A stretch of 62,635 bases of DNA, counting the filler, from Choristocarpus tenellus KU-1152 (Eukaryota; Protista; Phaeophyceae): assembly GCA_964200185.2 (NCBI GenBank). It is 6 parts of 6 records of this genome, joined end to end, with 100 filler letters (N's around TTAATTAATTAA, not from the genome) between each part and the next. Parts side by side here need not be neighbours in the genome. Positions count along the whole stretch, not along the records: positions 1 to 25,603 come from CAXNAD020000184.1; 5 more parts are not named here. One strand, 5' to 3'. The position numbers were made by a program, and so were the translations under genes. Under the pieces are notes generated by a model. That model was not told the origin of the DNA. It ran no database searches and saw only the letters and a list, made by a program, of their open reading frames with translations. Shown in pieces: positions 1 to 14,100 of the stretch. Positions within the stretch are counted from its first letter, which is position 1. Every line of letters starts with the position of its first letter.

Positions 1-211
1 CCCCCCTACAAATACATGCGCCACCTTGGGGCTGGCAGAGCACACCATGGCGCGTTGGTGTGCAGTCCTATCCCTGCAGTTGAGTGTTTTTTTTTTGTAG
101 TGTGTGGAGGCAGCCACAGCACTGTCCCAAATGTTCTAATCGGTGATAAGGAGTGGGTCATAGTGAGGAGGAAGAAGTAGGGTTAGGGCCAGTATGAGGG
201 TGGTTCTTTAC

Positions 212-1055
212 CTGTTCAGCTGATAAAACAGCCAGTTCAGCGAGGCCGGCAGAGTCCTTGTCTTCAATGTAGCTTGCATGTGGTGGGAGAACCGATGAGG
301 TTCCGTTTTCCATCAGGTCTTCCTGTGAGAATGTTCATGGATTACAATGCGGAGAGTGTGTAAGTGCTTCTCTCATGGCAAGGTTAAAGAGGCCCTGCCT
401 TGTATCTCGGAATGCAATACACGTACTACTGACTCTTTGTCGACCTGGGGGGGGTCTATTGGACACTTTGGGTCTATTTAAAATATTTCTCTTGAATTAT
501 TTGTATTACCAATGTTAACAATAATGTTGCATAATTCCCAGGATGAGGTACAACAGTGAAAGGGAGCGTGAGTTGGTCTGTGCTCTACGTGGTTGTGTGA
601 TGCACTGATTGGTGTTCAAACAGGGACTATTCACCCAATGATACGGTACACAGCCTTTTTGTCATCATCGGGCCTGGTCCACCGTCTGCACGTTTTGTGT
701 TCAACAAGGTTTCCTCCAAAGATACCCACAGAATCTATTCCAAAGGGTGCAATTAGGTGACTGAAGCGGATCTGACCTTATTAATGCTTAGGGTAGGCAC
801 AAACTCTGCACTGAGTGGCTCCCTGCCGGCTGACCAGGGGTCAAACCCAACAGCAAGCCAGTCATCTGCTGAAGAACGTGGTCGCACTCTTCCAACAGGC
901 CGTGCTTGGGGCAGGTTTGGTACGTGAGGCAAATAGTCGCAGTGCTGGGGGCATAGAGGGTATTGAGTAGGGGTTTGCTTAGGAGTGTGAGCCAACTCCC
1001 TGCCTCTATTGAATAGTCTTCAATCCACTCATGTGAGATTCCATAAGCTACTTGG

Positions 1056-1104
<49 letters not shown>

Positions 1105-4100
1105 AATGACTGCCATCTCCTATGCATATATTTCACGCTCTTGATAATTGATAACCGCTCGTCTTCATTAAAATATATATTGAAATATTTTTCCATTGTT
1201 CATCACTTTTGCAGTTTAAATTTCACTGTAGTTTAATGAATGCACGCACTATTGAGTGAAAGTATTTTAGAGGGTACGAGTTTTGCCCTGTTCGTCCATT
1301 TTGAGACTTGGCTTCCGTCAGATTTTTATGACATTTTCCTACTCCAAGATTCCGGAGTAGTAGGTAAAATGTGCACGTTATGAAAAGATGTGTCCAGAAC
1401 AAGGACATTGACATCTCCTAATAAACACGATGGCCGAGATTACATCAAAATCGCAACATTGGATTTTGGGGCCCAAATGGACGCGGCTCTACCCTCTAAG
1501 GTACATCGGCTCATTCCCATCATCTCTATGAGTCAAAGTATCTTAGAGGGTAGAGTTGCGTCCAATTGGGGGCAAAAACCCAATGTTGTGATTTTGATGT
1601 AATTTTGGGTAACATGCTTGTTAGGAAGTGTAAATATGCTTGTTCCGGACACACCTTTTCAAAAGGTATACATTTTATCTGCTCTGAACATTTTGGAGTA
1701 GGAAAATGTCATTGAAAAACCCGTGGGAATCCAAACCCCAAATGGACAAAAAGGGCAAAACTCGTACCCTCTAAGATACTTTCACTCTATGATCCTTGAC
1801 AATGCACTTCATAGAGGGAAAAGCGTTTCAATCATTCCAGGCAAGGGGCAAGGAGGCAGAAGCAGGAGGATGCCTGGTACTCTCCTTTCACTGTGCATAG
1901 TTCTATGGGGCAACTCAAATAGTGACTAACCAAAGAATTTTCTAGGGCGCGTTTCTTAATCTGTTTGTGACATTTGAAAATAGTTTTCTCAACAGAAAGT
2001 CCACCTAATGTGGAAGAGTGCAGCAATCGAGCTTTGCAAGGTCATGAAATTCTCCAGAGAGGGCATCGGGATGTACAACAATATATTACTTGCACAGTTC
2101 TTATCCCGAAGTTCAACATTGCACCAGTTTTCAAACCTCCCAAAAAGGGTGGCAGGATATTGTAACATATCTATGTTTCTGTGCACATACACTGATTTTT
2201 CCAAAGCTGTACGATAATGTTGGTAGGTAAGGTCACCTGTTTTCCAATATGTGTGTGCGATATAGCGTTGAGGAACCCTTCAGGTAGTGACTCCTTGGTA
2301 CGCCGTAGTTGAGCCCCAAGAGAGCTTTTTGAGCTTTGGTTTTCGGTACTGGAGGTCCCAGCTGGTCTCCAAGACTCTCCCTTCCCTGCTGCCCCGTGTG
2401 TTTGGTAGGTTTGCTTCCAAAGGGTCTCCGGATAGGCCACAATGGGTGTTGCTAATACAACTTTCTTCCTCGGGTCCATTTCTTCATCCTGTGGGATAGT
2501 ACATAGGGTTGATAAATATCTAGCAACCAAGGTTTTTCGAAAGATTAAACCTCCAACCTACAATTTTTGTATTGTTGACAGGGGGATTGCATGCTTGTAG
2601 CTGGCCTGATTCATTCGGAGTTTTTCTCTTTGTTTCGAAAAGGCCAGGCAGTCTGAAATATCCCAACCAACAATTGAGAAACTCCACTTATTGTAGACAG
2701 TGTTATGCGGCTGTCTGCAACCCAACTCACGCGAGATTTGCTGGAGCCAATACCAACAACTTCATCAGGACAGGCTGTAGGCTGCACAGGTGGCACAATC
2801 TGGACCAGGAGAAGGGGGAGAGATTTAAAGATTTGTGTGTGTGTATGTGTGTGTGTGTGTGTGTTGTTAAAGAGAGTGCAATGTATAGTGTCTAGGATGT
2901 TTGGGATGTCTTCAGCACGTACATTGTGCAGTAGTACTGCCATAAGTTGAGTTTGTTTGGCTATACAATTTAAACAAAGGCAAGAGTTGTTAGGTCCCCC
3001 TTTCGAGGTGCACTCAATGCAACCTGTGCCATGGTACTGTCATACAGCAATCTGGAAGTTTTTATGTGATGTGATGAAGGAGGTCAATCGTATTCCGAAC
3101 AGGTGTCTACAAGCACAGATAGTGTTGGTCAGACGATTCTAACTGTCCTGGGCATTTTGATGCATCACTGATCCACTCCCTTGGCTGTCGACTACTTTCA
3201 AGTATAATGGACTCTAGCTACCTGCAATGGTCCAAGGGCGTAGTCACCAATGCCATCAACTCACCACCAATCCCTTGAACTCTTCACTAGTCTTGAGTTC
3301 AGCATTCTCCTTTGCAATTGCTGCCATGTAAGCAACCTCGCTTGCATGATCCAGCTTTAAGGAATCCTCTGCTGCAGTAACAGGATTTGGGTGACCATGG
3401 CCAATGGGATGTCCTCCTGATGACACCTTACACCCAACAGAAATAGCCAACATTATCTTCACGAAGGCACTTCTAAATGGCTGTATTTATTTGGATATCT
3501 CTTGAAGCACTTTTGAGTTGCTTGTACTTTGGTACTCTGTTGAAGCAGGTACTGGCAGAACGACTTTGCTTATCCTGATGATAACAGACGTAAGCAGTAC
3601 ACATCTACAACTTGGGGTTACATCTGTACCTTGGCTACTGCTGGTGCCACTGAAGAAGTCTTCCCAACTTCTGTGAAATCTCCATGTACATCATCTGCCC
3701 CACGATCTCCAGTGGTGCTTTGTTTTGTCAGGTCCTGCATCTGATCAAAATTGTCCAGCAATCCTTTGGCATTCAGAGTAATCCCCAGGCCCATTCCTAA
3801 CCGAAGCATGTCTTCTGGTCCTGCCTTGCCTTCCCCCAGACCAGCAGTAGCTAATGCCTGTGATATTGAATTGATAATTTTCTCTGCTTGGGGCAAAATG
3901 TAACTGCCATTCCCTGTATCTTCCCTCACTCCCTTGCCTGGTCTCCTCAATAGTTGTGTTGAGATCTCACTATTTGACTGACTTTTCCTGCCACTTGTAC
4001 CTCCTGATGAAGGCTCATCACTCCCTCTACCATGCTCCCTTCCTCCATTTGAGGTCATAATATGGATAGAGGATACACTCTCACTAATGCTGGAATCCTC

Positions 4101-7100
4101 CTCTTCAAATTGATTGCCACATGTAGGCTCCATGTTTCCAGGATCTGGTGGAGGTAATGCCCCATTCTGGCGCGCCCATTTGACCTGAGAAGCAACCTGC
4201 ATGACAAATGCCAGCATTGTATCGATATTTACACTAAGCAATGTTCTCACCCTCTCTGGTTTGAGCTTGCTTGACACCACTCTTTTGATGTTCAAGGGTT
4301 GCGCACACAGTGGATAGCATGAACTGCTAGCCATTTGTATTCTCACAACGGGGTTTCTGTAACTCACAAGTGAATCAGATATTCTTTTCACTTTCCACAG
4401 CTGCTACTACTTCCGATATCGTTTCGTCCGTTGTCATGCTTGGGACCTGTTGCCCCCTAGTGCATGCACGCTGAAGCACCACAAGGACATTATATACTTG
4501 TTTCTTGTTTGTACTCACTGTTTCACAAACATTCAATCAGTATGTACCCTGACAGGAGGAGCTACTGCAGCGTGTCCATTGCTTTGCAGATGTTAGAGTT
4601 GTTGCCTAGACATCTGTGGACTTGAAAGCACTTGAAAGCACTTGAAAACACTTGAAAACACTTGAAAACATAGCATCACCTTTTTTCTGCGTCCTTCCAG
4701 ATCCTCAACATCCTCATGCTTCTGCATCATGAGCCTCCGCATCTGGCGCAGATCATAACGGGGTTCCAACTGTTCAAATGCTCCTGATGAGGTGTCTGGA
4801 CCCTCACCATCACCCCTCAGTACAGTGCCACCCTCCTTTATTGGCACCTGCAAATTGCGGAATGACATTGGCTCTCACAAGTTTTCCCCAAGGGCTTTCT
4901 CAATTTGGTTATACCTGTTCCTGCCCGGAGTCTCCTAGACAGTGCTGAGGGCACTGTAGAAAAAAAAGTAGAGTTCTATGAGCGTGATCTCTTGAACCTT
5001 TATTGTTGATAGTGTCTTTGACACCCTGTCTCTGTAGCATCATTGCCACTTATCATGGTGATGTCTGCTTCTCAAAAATTCATAGCTCCACCCTCTTGAG
5101 TCCATTGTGGTGATGTCATTGTCCGCATAAGGCTATGGGAGGATCCATATTCCTTTCTTCTCTTGCTTGAGGATGTTTGCATGGACTACTAATGGTTTGC
5201 TACATTTGATTGGCGTTTGTAAGTCTTTTGTGGGAAGAGTAATGTTTTTGGCTGTACCTCCTTTGTGCCCCTGAGAAGAAGAGTCAAAGTATCTTAGAAG
5301 GTGGAGTCGTGTCCATTTGGGGACCAAAATCCAATGTTGCAATTTTGATGTAATTTTGGCTATCATGTTTGTTAGGGAATGTCAATGTCCTTGTTCCGGA
5401 CACACCTTTTCAAAACATACACATTTTACCTACTCTGAGACACTTTCGAATATGTAAAATGTCATTAAAAACCGGTGGGAAGCAAAGCCCCAAATGAACC
5501 AACAGGAAAAAACTCGTACCCTCTAAGATACTTTCACTCAAACATATATCCTAAAGGGTGGGATAAGGGATGTCAGAAGGGAAGAGAGGAAGCAGTGCCC
5601 CCTGCAAGAAGTGTCACTGCCAGAAAATTCTGTTGGACCCTGTAGAAGTGTATTGCATTTTCCCCCTATAGTATGTTTTCAGTATTTCGAAATAGCACTT
5701 TGAAGCATTGATACTTTAGCTATCCCTCACCACTTACACTGGTCCTATTTTGAGATGGGAGCCAAATTATCTTAGAGGGTAGAGCCGCGTCCATTTGGGG
5801 GTCAAAATCCAATGTTCCGATTTTGATGTAATTTTGACTATCGTGTTTGTTAGGAAGTGTCAATATCCTTGTTCGGTACACGCCTTTCATAACGTATAAA
5901 TTTTACCTACTCCGAAACATACCGGAATAGAAAAATGTCATAAAACGCCTGTGGGAAGCCAAGTGGACAAACAGGGCAAAACTCGTACCCTCTAAGATAC
6001 TTTCACTCATGGACTTGGAAAATGATTTACAATAGACAGCCTACCATTGACGAGTAGCTTCCTTTATATTCTCACAGGTGGACGTAGGTACTGGCGATAC
6101 AAGAAGTGTAGAAACAGAAGAAATAATAATAAATGAAAAAGAAAAGACATCAAAACACACATCATCAACAAAGGAGCTAACCTTTTCATCTTCACAGAGT
6201 GGTCTCTCCCAGAAGGTCTCCCCAGTCCTACGGTCAAACCAGTACGAAACACCATCGTCAGTTTCGAACTCCTCCAGGATCTGTGTTGGTCATAAGTTGT
6301 GGTAACATGTGCTGGTTCTGAGGGGATCATTTGTGGAGGACCAAAGGTGAGTCAGGCTCTTGGATTGTGTTGTGGAAACTGCGTACCATGAGATAGTCCT
6401 CCCGTAAAAACAATCCTCTTCAACACGATGCTATGAACTCTGTGTCATACACCAAGCATACATGAAAATTGACTGGACTGGTGTGGTGAGAGCAGGAATT
6501 TCAAATCAAAAGCAGCACCTAGGTGTTGAGGACTGCAGCTTGCCATAACATTATTTTAAAAAGGCACATGACTGTTAAGTCAACAGGTCCTGGGTTTGCA
6601 GTGGGTGCTATGCATGGTGGAGATATACCTAATGCCTCACACTGATTATATTTTCTTGGGTGCATTTCACAGCAACTTCAATGTAGATAACAAAATTAAT
6701 TTTTGAAGTTTAAACAATAAAAAAAGGATTCGAGAATCGATGTTGACATTAGATCAAATTAGAAGATCAACATTGTGTTCCTTTCTACAATATTAACCTG
6801 TAAGCAACCAACCACAGGGTGATGATGTTTGGCCCTTCAGACAATGTCTTGCCAAGCTACCTGTTTCTGGATGAAAGCCCAACTGCGATACACCACACTG
6901 ATGCAATGGCCCATGGGTCTCAATGGGTCGCTCCCCCTCATGAATTCTCCACATTCTTGAATGCCTAGGTTTGTGAACACCTGTATGAGGTAAAGAGGAA
7001 GAGAAGCGCTGCATTGGGGAGCCTGCCTACCTGAACCTAATGTCAAGAGATACTCCATCGAGTATTGCAGCAAGACGAAGCAGTACAAGCCATCAGAGCC

Positions 7101-8130
7101 ATCAGCAAACAATTGTAATGGGTAGGACTATCCAGAGGCACCTATAGTAATTCACTATGTTTTCCTCCCCCACAGTGGGAAGTTTCAGTTGAAACTACAT
7201 CACAGTTAGTACTTACTACCCAGCCAATACAGCTGATTGACCAGCTACTCAGATTGGCATATTTCGATCCTCAGCGAGGAGACTAGAGGGGGAAAAGGTT
7301 TATAGCACAAGTTTGAGGAATAGGTGAGTCAGAAACTCTTGCCTTATGACCCAAGACAAACTAGGCAACTGTCAAGGAAAATTTGCACCGAATACAAGAG
7401 CCAGAGAGAGAGATCCCTCCTCCCTTGCAACAGTTGTTCCCTTCCTCGTTTGAGATAGGAGGGCGCAGCTCAGAGTCCCTTACCTGCTCCTTATTAGGAC
7501 TGCAAGTGGCAGTAAGCAGCAGGTGATAGAAGTCCAGTGTGGTATTGCTGCGGTTGCTTGGCTCACAGAAGGGATACGATCGATCGGCGTGTGTAGTCAC
7601 TGTACGGTTTGCACTGCACAGGTTTGTTGACACAATATCTTCCGAGGGAGTAAATGTCATTGGATCCAATGTGGTCAGGGTAGGCAGTGCATCGGCAGAT
7701 GCTGAGGTCCGAAATCCATGAGACTGCTCCTCCCCTGTTTGGTGAGGTCGGTTCTGCCCGAAGTATGACCGCTCCAGAGTATCGATGAAAGTCTTCATCA
7801 TAACTGTAGGGGCCTTTCGATCATTGAGAGGATGCTGTAGTGGTCGAGGAATGAACTCTTGGTGAATAATTTCCAACTCCATAGACTTGTACTTGGCTGA
7901 TATCTCCTTACTGACAGTAGGGGTGACAGACGACTTCTGTATGACCGTGAAGTTCCCTTTGGAGAGGTTTGAGGTTGGTGATAAAAGGCCATGGCACAAG
8001 AAAGCGAGGGATTGATGCATGCTGAGAAATGCCGGATTTTAATGGCTGAAACATTTCAATATCTGGAGGTTCCTACACGACACGAGTGCTGCAGGTAAAG
8101 AAAACCGTTCCTTTGAAAATAAATAAATAA

Positions 8131-8169
<39 letters not shown>

Positions 8170-11100
8170 TATATGCCAGAGTGCTTTTTATTTTCTACTG
8201 GCCTAATGCTGTGATGGACACATGTCGGACAGCTATGCACATGGCATGAGACTCCTTGAGAAGCAGAAGAATTTGAAACATATTCAACTTTCAAATTTTC
8301 ATATTATTGTGTGTTACTGTGTGTTACTGTGTGTTACTGTGTGCTACTGTGTGCTACTGTGCGTTATTGTGTGTTGTTATATGTTATTGTGTGTTATTGT
8401 GCGTTAGAGCCTCAGTATCACAGAGGGGGAGGGGTGTCATTGAGTGTAAGGGGTCTCTGTAACTGTCTTCTTGTACATGTGCTCCTGGCACTCTGGAGGG
8501 CAATTTTTTGCTTGTGTGGACTAAGGTTCTTCTCTTCTACAACCACATCCTCCCGGTGGGGGTTAGCTACATCTCGGGCATGGGAATCGGGATGTCAGGC
8601 AAAAGATTTTTTAAGCCCTTTCACTCAGAGGGGCCTACATTGACCCTCCCCAGGGATACTGTGGGTCTCATCGTAGTGTTAATGTGGGGCAGCCAAGGAG
8701 TGGAAGTACCTTAGAGGGTACGAGTGTTGCCCTGTTTGTCTGTTTGGGGCTTGGCTTCCTACAGTTTTTTTAGAACATTTTCCTACTCCAAAATATTTCA
8801 GAGTAGGTAAAATGTGTGAGCTATTAAAATGTGTGTCCGTAACAAGGATATTGATACTTCCTAACAAACACGATAGCCAAAATTACATCAAAATCACCAC
8901 ATTGGATTTTGACCCCCAAACGGATGCGACTCTACCCTCTAACATACTATGACTCCAAGTTAATAGCCAGTTGTAGGCATCAGGGCATTAACAATACAAA
9001 TCTCAATTCGAACCGACATTGTGTGTGCTGCGTCGAGAAAACAAAACCTGAAATTATTTGAGGGGGAGGTGAGGAGATGCCCTATTGCAGTACCTATAAG
9101 TGCAGAGTTGATGGTTCAAGCAACAAAAAAAGGCTATGGGGTACATATTTTGATCGCTTTTTCAGATTCAAAATTTTCATCTATCTGGAGGAACCCTCTG
9201 TCATCCTCTGGGGGTGCCCTCACCGTACTGGGGTGGTACAAAGGTGGTCACCAGTACAGAGATGGTCATCTCCGCCGCAAGTCCTCCAATGCCCAAATTT
9301 CCAGGTGAAGGTTTCCTTGCAAAGGTTGCAAACTTGACAGTGAGTGGTGGCGGATATTTGGTCCTGGTGATCTTGTCTGAGCCGGGCACTGGAGACATTA
9401 CCTCAACCTGGATTCTTGGGGCACAGTGTTGGAGTTGGTTGTTGTGTACTCAATACTCTGGAGAAGAATAGCATATAGTCAACAGATTAAGGACCACTGC
9501 CACTCAACGTGCAGTTACGCCAATGACACTAATGGTATAATGGTACAATGGTATAATGGTATAATGGTATAATGCCGCAATCTAAACAACCGCAACAAAG
9601 GCAGTAGAAATTGTAGGAGAGTTAACCTAAGCGCTTGTTTCTGCTGCATCAAGTAGCCAAGTTGTGTACCCTGTTCATTGCCTCACGTAACTCAAACGCG
9701 ACAGACAGAATAAAGTTATTGAGAAAACCCTACCCCCTACCCCCTATTCCCTATTCCTGAAGCTAGCTGTAACCCCACCGGCAAGCACGTGTGCATCCAA
9801 GGCCGTCAAATGGAATGAACCTATCTCTATCTCACAGTGTTCTGCGATGCGCGCAAGGCGTCTGCAGCTGACGTGTTGCAATACACCTCAATCCATGCTG
9901 CCGGGTGGCCTGATGGAATAATTTGGTTCCCACCCTCCAAGTCCAGCTGGTCTCCGTACTTGGGCTCGGGCATGGGCATTGTTATGGCTGGGGGGAGGTG
10001 GTACTCACGGGGCTGATACAGATTCCCCGGGACAGAGGTTGGTCCATCCATGATGCACCTTGTACTATGGCCCAGTACAGTTGAGGGTCGGTCCACTATG
10101 ATCTTAACAAGGCCTGAGCACTCTGCGGCTGTGGTTCCCGTGATCGGGGGCCGGGGCAAAAGGTGGCGGACCGTGGACGAATACTGGACTACCCATGCCA
10201 TGTTGTTCATAGTGTTTCGCAGTCTTAGCACCTTGGCAGTGTGACGGGTGTCCTCCCCCTGTACCTTGCCCATGCGTATCTTTGAAGGGGAGACAAAGGG
10301 AGTGGGCAGATTATTGTAGGGAGTGGGCAGATTATTGGATGGAGTCCACCTCTGTGCAAGCAGAGTCTCAACACAGTCCATTAAGCCCTGCACACTCGGT
10401 TGGGGGCGTTTAGAGTTCTAGATCGTTAAAGGATTGTCCAAAGAAGGCTGGAAATATTACCATTTTTTAAAATATTTTGTGTGTCGTGCGATAGTCCCGT
10501 CTGCTGTCGGATTACCTGAAAAAGTGGCTCAGCAAGTGAAAGTCACAGCTCAGCAATAAGCCACGGGTGATGCGCCATGCATTGAAATTTTCTATGCAAT
10601 ACCTGATTGTACTTGCAGGGTGGGTACTCAGGAGCATATAGTGCTATTGAATCGGGAATAAATACACCTCTAGCTGGGATATATGCATACAAAGCAGATA
10701 TCCTAGACAGGCATCGTCGCATGATCGACCGGTGCAGAGGTATCACCATTTGTACCACGCTCAAATGTCTTGAGCTCCACTGCAGTACCAAATAGTACAG
10801 CAAGATGGGGTGCTGCTACCACACCACATAGAATACACTTCTATCGTTTCAGTTTTTGTTCATTGCACACTGATTTGCCTGCTCAACAAAACCTCGCATC
10901 CAGTTCCGCTGGTGGAGCTTTCTCCTGACAGTGAAGTTGTACTTAGCAATCATCTGCGCCAGGAGGCGGTAGATGAAGTGGTGCTGCTCAATAACAGCTA
11001 CAAATTTCTTGCGCTTCTTGTCATAGTGCAGAGACGATGCCTCCTTCATAAATACTTCCTGCAGATAGATGTTTTGGAAGAATGGGGGCGGAAGATGTTT

Positions 11101-14100
11101 TGGGAGTTTGTTGCCTCGACCAGAAATATTTGAAAGAAAAAAATAGAAGATTTGGCAATCCATCAGAGCGAGCATGTATGTATGACCCAAGGCATCTGGG
11201 TGGGGAGGGGGGGTCTACACCAGGGTGTCCATTTGGGCCAAAATAAGGAAAAGTGCATTTACATTTTCCATCCGACGTATCCAACCAAATCACCCGAAAA
11301 TCGTGACATGAAAAAATTGACCCCAAACGGACAGCCGCCACCCCCGGATACTTTGAGCCTATTGAGGGACCCGGCGGTGTGTTACAGGGTGCATGACAGG
11401 CCAGGCCATGGTAAACAGCAGTTGTACAGTTGAAGAGGTCAGAGAGGTTCCAGAGTAAAGGTGTGTATCTGACATACATATTTTCTTCTTTGGCATAAAC
11501 GTACTGCTCTTTGAATCACGTTCACTCCCCCTTTAACACTTAGCTGTAGTGATGTACATGAGAGCATCTTGTTTCTAGGATCACCGTTACTGTTACAAAA
11601 CATTTCATGGTAGTAGTCATATTATTAACACTAGTCGTATACTAGTCCCATCCGGGGGCAATGTGTATGTCATACAGGCATTGAAATGTGTTTGGGATGG
11701 GCATTGATTGGTATGATAGCAGTCTAGATGAGTCCTTCCTTGACCCAAAGCATTTAAGAGGGTAGGAGTTGGCCTTGTTTGTCCATTCGGGGGTTGGCTT
11801 CCCACCGGTTTTTTATGCCCTTTTTCGGTTTTCGAAACATTTCGGATTTGAGGGTAGGTATGATGTATATCATTATGAAAGGTGTGTCTGGAGCAAGGAT
11901 ATTGACACTTCCTGACAAAGACGATAACCAAAATTACACCAAAATCGCAACATAGGATTTTGGACCCCAAACAGACGCAGCCCTACCCTCTTAAAAGTTT
12001 TGACTCCTTGTTTGGAGAATGTTGAGGTTGAAGTATTCATTCCCTTTTTACATCGCTTGTGGCAATGTAGTCCCCAAATCAAGACTTATAGATATAGGGT
12101 GAGAAGGCGCTGCTATAAATCTCCTTCAGCAAGAGTCACCTGGAGCTCCTCTGATCGATATCGTCTTCGCATTACGCCTATGTCCCAGTTCTTGCACATC
12201 AGCGCACTCTCAGATGCTCGAACATTTCCTGCCCCCTGGTTGCCGTTCTGGTCTGAACCCACCCAGGTTTGGTGAAGTGCACAGGTCTTTCCACTTCCTT
12301 TGCTCCAGCAGTTGAAGCATATATCTTTTTGTTCTTTTTTTTTCACCCCTGATTCGGGACTAGCCATGCCCACCCCATTCTTGTTGCCCTCTGATTTTTC
12401 CTTCCCCTGCCCTTCATTGCTGGCTCTAGCAGACTCACTAGCTCCAGACTTTGCGACTGTTTCATCTACAGAATCCAACGGCAGAAATCCTGGTGATGTG
12501 AGATCCCTGATAGCTAGACCTTTGATATCCAACGATCCCTTTGAACACATTTGTTGACTTCCACCTTTGGTCCTTCGTTCCCCTGCTCCAGCAGTCCTGG
12601 CCCGCCTGCCCCTTACTCTTGTGGCAGACATCTTAGACACCATTCTCCGCCCAGTGCAACGTGCAAACAGGGGAGGATTCTTGTCCTCTTCAAGAGATTG
12701 GGCTACTACCCTACTTTGACCTTCATTTCCCCTACCATCTCTTTTTTCCCTACAAGGGGTTGCTGCAGACTGTGTTGAACGCTGAGGAATAGGTTGGAAC
12801 GAACTCTGCTGCATTCCCTGGGAATAGTAGTCAGCCAGGAGTGTGGACACCGAGTCGAACTTGGTAATCTGCAGTGCTTGGTTTATGGTCTCCCGTAGAT
12901 GGATATTTGGTGAGCCATCTGCAAGGAAGAAACCTTTAGGGCTCCTAATCTCCGACAAGTCGTCCTCATCATCGCTGTTGCCATCCAGGTTGGAGACCAG
13001 GCCAAGACCGGTCTCCTAGGGATGTTGCCGATACCAACAGCGCCAGGGAGCAAGAGTAGTCAATTCGCCTTCCTAGACATTATTTGTTGCGATGCAGTGT
13101 CATCCATCCATGTTGCACTGGCTATGTTAGTGTGTTTCGCTGAACATTGACCTCTACTTGTAGATGTAAGGGGTACATATTGCATTGGAGCATCAAGAAC
13201 TATTATACAGCCTCAAGAAGCTTAAATGAAATAACAGTTATCACATATCTTACCTCAAAGCGATCATCTGGTAGCTCCTCCTGCTGCAGGAATGGCCAAT
13301 CTTCATTCCAAGTCGTATCAGCCATTTGCTCACCACTAGTTTCCAATTTGGGGGCAGTGGGAAAGGCCAGTAGACTCTGACAGGCGCCTTTCAATGGGGG
13401 TAGGTTGGCTGAGCTTTGGTAGATATTTGATTCAGGTACAGGATTTATTGTAGTCACATGTGTTGTAGGGGCAGCCACCTCTTCGGTAGATTGATTCCCA
13501 CCACTACGAGTGGTCAACTGTGATAAGGATGGCAATGTCTTCACTTTCTCTGGGGGTGCTAGGTGACCTAGTAGAGAGTGGGGGCGTTCCCACTGGCTCT
13601 GTCCAGTTGAGGTGTTGTAGTACCACAATTCTCCCTCATTGCGATCTCGCACCTCTATCCATCCATCACTGGCCTCTCCAAATATCTTCCTTGTCTCTCT
13701 CATCAGTTGGACACGTCTCCGTCCGATGTGCCCCCGGTACATACGTTGCACCTTTGCTGCAGCAATATCTTGTGCAAGCCATTTACGACGAGCACATCGC
13801 TCGAAATTTTGTCTATGTTGGGCCGATTCCATGAGTCTCTGGGTCTCTTCGATGGCTGCAAGACGCTCTCTTTCAGCTCTTAGCTCAAACAATTTGTCAC
13901 CACATCTTGGCACGTAGTTGTCGACGAGGCTTCGAACTCTATCTTCCTCGTCTTGGAAGGATAGGTGACGGGCGTGTTCCTCGTGATGGAGATCTGGTTC
14001 ATGCCCTGGCGCCCTGCCACCGCCATTATTGCAAACAAGTGCTATCCCGCTTCTATTACCATCCTCCAGTATTTTTCCCTTCGCGGGTGGTGATATTGGT

